This document shows positions 26,824 through 34,117 of a stretch of 54,106 bases of DNA, in pieces; the first letter of the stretch is position 1, and every line of letters begins with the position of its first letter. Source of the DNA: an uncultured virus (IMG/VR IMGVR_UViG_3300025727_000005) (taxonomy: Duplodnaviria > Heunggongvirae > Uroviricota > Caudoviricetes); the IMG/VR virus record IMGVR_UViG_3300025727_000005; one strand, 5' to 3'. The notes under the pieces were generated by a model. That model saw only the letters and a program-made list of their open reading frames with translations. It searched no databases and had not been told where the DNA came from. Position numbers and translations under genes: made by a program.

Positions 26824-26973
26824 ATGGACACAATCAAAGACTTAAAGGCACTAAGGTTGAGTGATAATGAGAACCATAATAGTGGCTTGTCTTTGCTTCG
26901 TGTGTTTAAACACACAAACCTAAAGTATATTTTAATCTTTGTGCATGGGCAAGGCAGAACAAATAAGAGTTAG
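26824..26973 (+). CDS. 49-aa hypothetical protein (MDTIKDLKALRLSDNE...), possibly a remnant
   Basis: Manual translation; AAAGGAGAAC RBS. Confidence 0.45.
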   Translation: MDTIKDLKALRLSDNENHNSGLSLLRVFKHTNLKYILIFVHGQGRTNKS

Positions 26974-27038
26974 AAGTCTCATTCGTTTGCTTCATGTAGT
27001 ATGGTATAGTATCTCCATCTAAACAAAGGAGATTAACT

Positions 27039-28127
27039 ATGTCTGAACTATACTTTAAATACGCCCTGTATGGACTTGCAAGCCTCTTTCTTGTATCGGT
27101 GGGGGGTAATGCTTGGACTGTCTATAAAATGCAACGAATGGACGCTACAATACAAGATCAGATTGCAGGTGTTCTTAGTGAGAACGCTACAAAGATAACC
27201 AATATGAATGAGACTTTAGGTACTGTGAAATCTCAGATGGTTGATCGTGCCACGCTTGAACAAAGAGCAAAAGAAATCATTAGTGGACTTGACCAAAAGA
27301 CCCAAGACGCTATAGGGAAGTATACTTCTGAAACGGGAGCAAAAGTAGACTCAATCAGCAAACGCTTTGTTAGAATGGAAGCAAGACTCGATCAAGGGAT
27401 CTCTCGCATAGGTAAAAAAGTAGATCGCCAAAGAAAAACCCCTCCACCACCTAAAAGCTGGAAAGGTGTGAGTGGACAAGATCAAACCCGATGTGCAGAC
27501 CACCCAGAGAGATGTGAAACATTTGAGTTTAGCTGGCACTCACCTTTCTCTCTAAAAGGTAGACCCATATATACTTTCTCAAGTAGAAATATATGGGAAG
27601 GAAAAGGGAGTCTCGATCTCAACTTAGCATTTAAGGTGGTGGCGATCACTTATGGTGAGGACCAATCCAAACTCGGTTCGGGTGCAGTTCAAAATCAAGG
27701 TATGCACATTTATGGTGGGTACTTTGATGAACAAGGAGAGTTTGTGGAGATAGAGGGTCTTGAGAGTAAACTCATGAAAGGAGATAAAAACTTAGATCCT
27801 AGACTGATTTATGTCCCAAAGGTTGATGCACCTATTGGGCGTTTAGGGTTAAGTTTGTTTGAACCAAGTTTACTTGTAGGCTCAACATATCAAGCTGGAG
27901 ATTTTGGTCTGTCTATTGGAGGTAGCTTTTTGAATCTCCGTAAAGGGGAGTATCGGTTAGGTGGGAACTTTGCCCTTACAGAATCTAATCAGTATCTAGG
28001 ACTGATGGGAACATGGCATCCATATATAGCGGGTAAGAACCTCAACATCGCTCCTGGTCTTGGTTGGGTATTAGGTGCAGATGGTTCTAACACATGGTCG
28101 TTGGGAGTCCACTTTCAAGTTTGGTGA
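27039..28127 (+). CDS. Membrane-anchored coiled-coil protein with beta-strand-rich C-terminus ending in Trp
   Basis: N-terminal TM, heptad region, C-terminal alternating Gly/aromatic strands (...WSLGVHFQVW). Confidence 0.7.
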   Translation: MSELYFKYALYGLASLFLVSVGGNAWTVYKMQRMDATIQDQIAGVLSENATKITNMNETLGTVKSQMVDRATLEQRAKEIISGLDQKTQDAIGKYTSETGAKVDSISKRFVRMEARLDQGISRIGKKVDRQRKTPPPPKSWKGVSGQDQTRCADHPERCETFEFSWHSPFSLKGRPIYTFSSRNIWEGKGSLDLNLAFKVVAITYGEDQSKLGSGAVQNQGMHIYGGYFDEQGEFVEIEGLESKLMKGDKNLDPRLIYVPKVDAPIGRLGLSLFEPSLLVGSTYQAGDFGLSIGGSFLNLRKGEYRLGGNFALTESNQYLGLMGTWHPYIAGKNLNIAPGLGWVLGADGSNTWSLGVHFQVW

Positions 28128-28128
28128 G

Positions 28129-28503
28129 TTAAAGTCGGTAAAACTTTTTAAACCCTCTCCAATCTTTGGGGTGCATCTCACTAAACATACTTGGGATCTT
28201 AGAAATCAAGATCCATTCCCATTCAGTATGCTCATGGTCTAAAACAGGTTCTATCTCTGTTTTACATACTCCGACATACATGGTGTAAATCCTGTCCTCA
28301 ACATGATCGACTACCTTGTATTGGTCGGGAGTTATACCAGTCTCTTCTTCAGTCTCCCTAAGAGCTGTCTGATAAGTCGTTTCATTTGGTTCGCCCTGTC
28401 CTCCTGGGAAGTCCCAATAACTCGACCATTTATCATATTTATAATGTGTTCTTTTCATTATGAGGGTCTTATTACCGCATAATAGCATTATTCCAGCACC
28501 CAT
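28129..28503 (-). CDS. Nudix hydrolase
   Basis: Nudix box GGQGEPNETTYQTALRETEEETG. Confidence 0.92.
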   Translation of the reverse strand: MGAGIMLLCGNKTLIMKRTHYKYDKWSSYWDFPGGQGEPNETTYQTALRETEEETGITPDQYKVVDHVEDRIYTMYVGVCKTEIEPVLDHEHTEWEWILISKIPSMFSEMHPKDWRGFKKFYRL

Positions 28504-28609
28504 AGTGGTTCTCCTTTTGTAATTTGTTTATTAGTACCTCTACTGTACTTATTAAAGGAGTATAAAATGAAGCCGAACCAACAAGTAGCTTTGAGATTAG
28601 GGGCAACCC

Positions 28610-29113
28610 ATGAGTGATGGAAACATATCAGGCACTACACCATTACCTGAACACTGTCACTTTGTTGGCAGTGATAAGATAATCTGCTCGGACAACGATG
28701 GCGTTGATCGAGAATGTGAATTTTTCGAGGGTGAATTAGGATGCAAGGTGACAGCACAACTTGTGGATGTAAACCCAACAGGTGCGGAGATGAAAGATGT
28801 CTTTATAGGTCATGCTTATCTTGTAGTGGTTGTCGCTATTTTGAGTTTAGCCTTAACTCAAATCATTAAACCTTTCATTTGGAAAACCTGCACCGAAAAG
28901 TCGGATGCTGTGATTAGACTATTTGCGATACTCACGGGTGCGGGTATTGCCTACCATTTATCAAACCCACTTAAGATGATTGATGTCTATATGGGAGCAA
29001 GTGCGGGAGCTATCAATGCTTTCGTGATAAAAATGTTTAAAGCTAAAGTCAAGAAATCACTAGGTGTTGAATCAACACCAGACCCACAAGATAAGGAAAA
29101 AGAAGATGAATAA
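28610..29113 (+). CDS. Holin-like three-TM membrane protein with Cys-containing N-terminal extension
   Basis: Three hydrophobic segments, basic C-terminus; paralog of 29490..29873. Confidence 0.5.
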   Translation: MSDGNISGTTPLPEHCHFVGSDKIICSDNDGVDRECEFFEGELGCKVTAQLVDVNPTGAEMKDVFIGHAYLVVVVAILSLALTQIIKPFIWKTCTEKSDAVIRLFAILTGAGIAYHLSNPLKMIDVYMGASAGAINAFVIKMFKAKVKKSLGVESTPDPQDKEKEDE

Positions 29114-29462
29114 ATCAGTACAACGAGTTGCTTCAAAATATATGGAAGCAAGATTATTTGGAATACTTAGTACTCCTGTTAGCAATCAGGAAATAAGAAG
29201 AGCAGTTAAAAGATTACAATGGGCTTTCCCAAAAGGTGAATACAAAGTCATGTCCATTATGGGGCAAGACAGGAAGAAAGTGATTAGGACTACTACACCA
29301 GATGGTTTCTTGTCTGAGATTACTGGTCTTGAAATGGACAAAAAAGGGAATCTATCTTATCGGGTCTTAACTGTGTCTAACCCTCATGGCAGAGACATTA
29401 AAGTTGATAGTTTAGACGAAGCGACAGATACTGTATATAGATTATTAAAGAATCACTTGTAA
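29106..29462 (+). CDS. Type-2 leader protein (MNKSVQRVASKYMEAR-LFGIL)
   Basis: Start moved to ATG 29106; RVASKY leader. Confidence 0.7.
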   Translation: MNKSVQRVASKYMEARLFGILSTPVSNQEIRRAVKRLQWAFPKGEYKVMSIMGQDRKKVIRTTTPDGFLSEITGLEMDKKGNLSYRVLTVSNPHGRDIKVDSLDEATDTVYRLLKNHL

Positions 29463-29489
29463 GGATGCTTTGAAAACCATAGGAGGCTT

Positions 29490-29873
29490 ATGAGTAACGA
29501 GACTAAAAAAACTGAAACGACCGAGACTCTGATGGGACCGCCTGCTCCTAAAATAGAAAAATATGATCATATTGGTCATGTGTATCTTATAGTCGTGGCG
29601 GCTATTGTTAGTTATGCAGTCACTGAAATTGTAAAACCTTTCATCTTCAAAACCTGTGCAGAAAAATCTGAGGCTGTTATTCGCCTCTTTGCTGTTATTA
29701 CAGGAGCGATTGTAGGGTACTCTTTAAGTAATGATATTCTTGACCTATGGCTTGGAGCTTCGGCAGGGGCATTAAATGCTTATGTCATCAAAATCATCAA
29801 GTCAAAAATTAAATCCACAGTGGGTGTCGAACTCACACCCACTCCCTCCGAAGAGGGGGGTAAAGAAAAGTAA
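29490..29873 (+). CDS. Holin-like three-TM membrane protein
   Basis: GHVYLIVVAAIVSYAVTEIVKPFIFKTC closely matches 28610 gene; AGGAGG RBS. Confidence 0.5.
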   Translation: MSNETKKTETTETLMGPPAPKIEKYDHIGHVYLIVVAAIVSYAVTEIVKPFIFKTCAEKSEAVIRLFAVITGAIVGYSLSNDILDLWLGASAGALNAYVIKIIKSKIKSTVGVELTPTPSEEGGKEK

Positions 29874-29989
29874 TAGTTTATTTATCATTCACTCTTTTGA
29901 AAATGAAATGGAGAAATAAAATGAGAAGATCCGCATCAGAAATCATCCGTAACCTTGAGTCTAGGATTGCTCGTCTTGAACGACAATCG
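29871..29989 (+). repeat. Cassette head copy G
   Basis: TAATAGTTTATTTATC...AAATGGAGAAATAAA-ATGAGAAGATCCGCATCAGAAATCATCCGTAACCTTGAG; coding part near-identical to copy F. Confidence 0.85.
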
Positions 29990-30370
29990 GGTCGAGGATC
30001 AAATCGTCTTGAAAGACAAGCAAGACCAAATGAGAAAATAGAAAATGAAACATCAAAAACAATTCTCACTAAGAAGCAATGGGCAGGGATTGCAAAGACA
30101 CACGCCCCAAAACCTTTTGAGAATCCTCTTGGAGATCAAGAGGTGTATTATGACTATCGCAGAGGAGGTATAATCGTTGATGATCGTGATGAGCATGGTG
30201 ATGATGGAGAAATATTTCTAATCAAAGAGATTAAGGGGGGCGGGGCTGAGGGTGCATTTCAAGTCTATCAAGAGGTTTATCCAGATGCTAGACTGGGCCA
30301 AAATGGCTGGAATTTTGATGATATGAAGTATTTAGGGAAGACACTAGATCAACGAGCGAGGAGGGGATAA
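29921..30370 (+). CDS. Leader-cassette protein (MRRSASEIIRNLESRIARLERQSGRGSNRLERQA...)
   Basis: Start moved to ATG 29921 behind GGAG; duplicated RLERQ. Confidence 0.85.
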   Translation: MRRSASEIIRNLESRIARLERQSGRGSNRLERQARPNEKIENETSKTILTKKQWAGIAKTHAPKPFENPLGDQEVYYDYRRGGIIVDDRDEHGDDGEIFLIKEIKGGGAEGAFQVYQEVYPDARLGQNGWNFDDMKYLGKTLDQRARRG

Positions 30371-30449
30371 AAGATATTTTATCCAAAGGCTAAAGGACTT
30401 GAAGACTATCGAAATGAAACTCAACAAAGCAGGTTTAAAGCACAAGTCT

Positions 30450-30465
30450 TAATAACTTATTTATA
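30450..30465 (+). promoter_or_regulatory. Class-L box variant TAATAACTTATTTATA
   Basis: Two mismatches; upstream of 30502-32920 gene run. Confidence 0.55.
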
Positions 30466-30501
30466 TCTCACATTACATGAAACTAAATGTGAGGAATAAA
30501 T

Positions 30502-30870
30502 ATGAGATACCTATACCACTACAAAGCTGAAGTCCTCTCCGTCTATGATGGAGACACCGTTACCCTTATGATTGATCAAGGCATGAAACACTTTGCTAGG
30601 GTCAAGGTAAGAATGATTGGGATTGACACGCCCGAAATACGCACTAAAGACCTCGAAGAAAAGAAGCGAGGTTATGAAGCTAAGGACTACCTAAAGTCCC
30701 GAATCGAAGGTAAAACCATTATCGTACAAACCCTTAAAAAGGGTAAGTTCGGTAGGTGGCTTGGCGTTATGTGGGATTACACCGAAGATGCAGATGATCT
30801 AGGTGAATCACTTAACGATGAAATGATCCGCATGGGTCATGCTAAAGCCTATGACGGTGGTAAGAGATGA
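30502..30870 (+). CDS. Thermonuclease (SNase-like)
   Basis: VYDGDT, VRMIGIDTPE, KFGRWL, LNDEMIRMGHA. Confidence 0.92.
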   Translation: MRYLYHYKAEVLSVYDGDTVTLMIDQGMKHFARVKVRMIGIDTPEIRTKDLEEKKRGYEAKDYLKSRIEGKTIIVQTLKKGKFGRWLGVMWDYTEDADDLGESLNDEMIRMGHAKAYDGGKR

Positions 30871-31862
30871 GTATCACTATAGAGAAAGGTAGTAAAAGCT
30901 ATCCTCCATCTAATATACAAGTTCTTCTATGTAAGGATAGTGTAGTCTTAGGTGAAGTTAATGGGTATAGTGTGAACATGGAATACTCAGAGGTCGATGG
31001 CTCTGAATGCTATGAAGAAATATACGACCTTATTGAAAGATACCCTCAAGTCCTAGATGAAAACGGTAAACCTAGAATATCTGAAATTTACCAATCCGAT
31101 ATAGTTAAGTCTTTTAGAGGACAAGGCTTCGGTGTTGATATGTATATAGAGTTCATGCTTCGGTGTTGGGCTGAAAATAGTAAGGGCAAACCATTTATCC
31201 TAATCCCTAACGGTTGCAACTTAGATATGGAGGGGAACAACTCAGAGGACTCTATAAGAGTTTGGGAATCTCTAAGTCGTAAGTTTCCGAGTTCGGGAAA
31301 AAGCTACTCAACTTGCATTGCAGTGTTAAGGAAACCATCCTCAAGTAAAATGGCTCAAAGAGTTGCGAGTAGACATATCGCTCGTCTTGATATTAAGTTC
31401 GTAGAAACGGATGACTTCACTAATACAAATTCAACTCATTCGATAGAGATTGTAAATAATAAAGTGAAATTATATAGGGATGTTGTAGGTTTTATAGAGG
31501 GTAAGTTTGGAACCCATACTTTAGAAGAACTATATGAATATGCCTGTTCTGAAGATATTTTAGCCCTTTATGAACTATGGGCGATAGATGCTGAATGGCA
31601 CGATGAGATCCCTGTATTTGAAGTCTTAGAGAGCAGTGTCGATGAGGAGTATCGCTCAAAAAAGTTAGGTCTTCAAATGTATAAAGAACTCGCCAACTTA
31701 GCTAGGGAAGAGTCTAGGACACCAATGTTCTTTATCCCTAACTACTGCAATACGAGGTCTACAACCCCTTCAGCACTAAGGGTTTGGAAATCCTTAACAA
31801 AATCAAATGCTCCGACCAGCTCTGGTGATGTTGTTTTGATGGTAGATCGAAAGTTGAGATAA
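30867..31862 (+). CDS. Tandem two-domain GNAT-like protein with internal type-2 leader
   Basis: SFRGQGFGVDMY and EYRSKKLGLQMY motif-A copies separated by KMAQRVASRHIAR. Confidence 0.65.
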   Translation: MSITIEKGSKSYPPSNIQVLLCKDSVVLGEVNGYSVNMEYSEVDGSECYEEIYDLIERYPQVLDENGKPRISEIYQSDIVKSFRGQGFGVDMYIEFMLRCWAENSKGKPFILIPNGCNLDMEGNNSEDSIRVWESLSRKFPSSGKSYSTCIAVLRKPSSSKMAQRVASRHIARLDIKFVETDDFTNTNSTHSIEIVNNKVKLYRDVVGFIEGKFGTHTLEELYEYACSEDILALYELWAIDAEWHDEIPVFEVLESSVDEEYRSKKLGLQMYKELANLAREESRTPMFFIPNYCNTRSTTPSALRVWKSLTKSNAPTSSGDVVLMVDRKLR

Positions 31863-31864
31863 CG

Positions 31865-32920
31865 ATGAACAGATATGCAAGTGTAAATAGAGTCGCCCGT
31901 ATCCATACAGCTCGTATGCAAAAGAGAGCGATGTTCTTTGATAATGTCAAAGAAGATGTAGCTTCAGCCTTCATGCAAAATGAAGCGTCAAAAGAACGAA
32001 AGAAGATTTCTAGCGAAGGTAAGTCTGGATTAAAGTTCTTGCAGAAGCAGTTTGGACTAAACTCAATGGATTCCTTCATCAAAGCGATTGGGCAATCTAA
32101 ATATGATCCCAATGACCCAATACAAAAAATGATTGCAGAAGCTGGGGCTAAAACTAACTCGCCAGGTGAAGCAGGTGATATGTTAGGTAGGTTCGCTAAT
32201 GCTTATCAGAAGCAAGACATTGAGGGGATGGCTAAAGAGGTAGGAGTTGAAAAAGAGACTATGGCTCTCGTCCTGCTCTGGTATGTGAGAGACAATAAAA
32301 ATGTGAAACTCAAAAATGCTTCCATGAACAAAAATGCTTTTTGGAATCCATTTGCCGTTGCTCCTGTCCCCCCACTCCCCCCTTTCCACGCACAATCTGT
32401 TGTAGTGGAAAATGTACTAAATATAGGTGGTGGTGTGGTTAGCCAAGTATCTCACTATACAGGTGAAGGGATTTCATGGCTTTGGTCTATAATCCCTTCA
32501 GGGTATGCTCCAACTTTACCCACAGGTAAAGTGTGGACTGCAATATACTTCATTCTGAAGAATGCATGGCTAGGGATTATGAAGGCAGGTGGCCTAGCTA
32601 TAGGGGCGATTAAAGCGTCAATAGTTAAAAGCACAGCGACATTCGGAATCATCGCAGTGCTGAAAGTCATAGGGATTGCACTTATTGTATATTACGCCAT
32701 AATAGGTTTGTCTTGGATGAGTTATCAGATCACAAGACTACCTGCTAGGGTACTAATAGAGTTCCCTGTACAGGTCATATGGAAGATCCTTAAGATGGTT
32801 GGAAATGGTGCTATTAAACTCACCACATGGGCTTATGATAAGATCAAGTCAGTAATCTATGAAAATGAAGACCAAATAGAGCCAAGTGACCCTATGCTCC
32901 CCGCAGTCCAAGCGATTTGA
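31865..32920 (+). CDS. Type-2 leader protein with long hydrophobic C-terminal hairpin
   Basis: VNRVARIHTARMQKRA-MFF leader; internal KNASMNKNA-FW; hydrophobic TFGIIAVLKVIGIALIVYYAIIGLSW. Confidence 0.75.
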   Translation: MNRYASVNRVARIHTARMQKRAMFFDNVKEDVASAFMQNEASKERKKISSEGKSGLKFLQKQFGLNSMDSFIKAIGQSKYDPNDPIQKMIAEAGAKTNSPGEAGDMLGRFANAYQKQDIEGMAKEVGVEKETMALVLLWYVRDNKNVKLKNASMNKNAFWNPFAVAPVPPLPPFHAQSVVVENVLNIGGGVVSQVSHYTGEGISWLWSIIPSGYAPTLPTGKVWTAIYFILKNAWLGIMKAGGLAIGAIKASIVKSTATFGIIAVLKVIGIALIVYYAIIGLSWMSYQITRLPARVLIEFPVQVIWKILKMVGNGAIKLTTWAYDKIKSVIYENEDQIEPSDPMLPAVQAI

Positions 32921-33003
32921 AATGATTAATGAGGTAGACCTTTTAATCCAAAGGACAGTTCCAGCAGAGAGGTCATCCAAAGCGTCATTGATCGAAGCTA
33001 CAG

Positions 33004-33939
33004 TCAATGACCAAAGTCTGCTTGGTTCTCGATAAATACTTCTCTAATTTGAGTGATTTGAGAGGTCAAGACTTTGTAAGACACCGAACGAGCCGAAGCC
33101 CACTTCTTCTTACTCTCATACTCTGCATATCTAAGCTCAAGCCAAAGCGAGTAGTACATATCTACCTTCGCTTCACCGAAACGATCAAGTAAAAGAGATC
33201 TCATGTACGCATTAGTGGACTTTTCTTCAAGAGAATGATTTTCGTCCTCATGCACAAAGTAGTCTGGCTCTCCGACTGACACACCAGTATCTGCGTCAGT
33301 CTTGGAAACCACTTGAGCGATCTGCCAACCTTGCGACTCAAGATTCTGTATATGATGGACAGGAACATAATCTGTGTTCGACTCTTTAGAAGCGTATGCT
33401 TTGACTTTCGTAACCTCTGATTGAGTCCTCGCACCACGACTCCGTTGTAGAGCATCTGCACCCTCTTTGTACTTTTCACGCACTACATACTGCAAGAACC
33501 ACTCATAGACCACAGAGGGCTTGATTCTCTTGCCTTTATCAATCTCAGTTTTGAGCTGATTTTTCTTGATAAAGTGTTCAGATAGGAAGCTATGGAAGTA
33601 GCTTACGATCTGATCTTCGGGTAGAGTGAAACGCTTGTTGTAAGGGGTTCTTCTCTGAACCATCCCCAACACTCGTTCGTAGTTCTCACACTTAGCATTA
33701 TAAAGCCAATTTTCAGTCTCATTTCGCACCCTAACAGGTTTTTTTGGCTGTGAGTCTGATAAGATCATGTCAAAGTGATCATCTGCTGAAGTGTCGTAGA
33801 TCATATCGAAGTGATCATCTGCTGATGTATCGTAGATCATATCGAAGTGATCATCTGCTGATGTATCGTAGATCATATCGAAGTGGGCATCTGCACCACT
33901 CCTTATAGGGTAAGCTAAACCCTTAGTTATTCTATTCAT
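33004..33939 (-). CDS. Divergent sigma-factor-like/HTH protein with N-terminal 12-aa tandem repeat
   Basis: C-terminal region-4-like helix pair (SKKKWASARSVSYKVLTSQITQIREVF); helical N-domain. Confidence 0.45.
   Translation of the reverse strand: MNRITKGLAYPIRSGADAHFDMIYDTSADDHFDMIYDTSADDHFDMIYDTSADDHFDMILSDSQPKKPVRVRNETENWLYNAKCENYERVLGMVQRRTPYNKRFTLPEDQIVSYFHSFLSEHFIKKNQLKTEIDKGKRIKPSVVYEWFLQYVVREKYKEGADALQRSRGARTQSEVTKVKAYASKESNTDYVPVHHIQNLESQGWQIAQVVSKTDADTGVSVGEPDYFVHEDENHSLEEKSTNAYMRSLLLDRFGEAKVDMYYSLWLELRYAEYESKKKWASARSVSYKVLTSQITQIREVFIENQADFGH
33763..33894. repeat. 36-bp in-frame tandem repeat (~3.7 units; ADDHFDMIYDTS)
   Basis: Units start at 33763, 33799, 33835, 33871 (GATCATATCGAAGTGATCATCTGCTGATGTATCGTA); no spacers. 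Confidence 0.95.
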
Positions 33940-34117
33940 TTGTGTCTCCGACAGGTCGGGTTAAAGTTTGACTTATTGGACATCTATCCAAGTCAGCAGA
34001 TACCTTACCACACACCAACCGACCTAGCAACGATTTTGCCCCCAAATATGAATTTGTAGATCGTTTATATATGGTATATCTTGTAAACCTTAGCCCACAT
34101 CTGAAAGTGTGAGAGAT

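Noticed and set aside
473..30370. Cassette heads as integron attC sites, IS/MITE ends or DGR repeats
   Set aside because: No palindromic attC structure, terminal inverted repeats or adenine-specific variation; no integrase, transposase or reverse transcriptase seen in the window.
30371..30449. Coding-like remnant after the 29921 cassette gene (IFYPKAKGLEDY...)
   Set aside because: Only faint similarity to the upstream VYPDARLG and no start or RBS; too weak to call a pseudogene.
33763..33894. 36-bp repeats as a CRISPR array
   Set aside because: Units are directly adjacent with no spacers, are in frame within a CDS, and no cas genes are visible.
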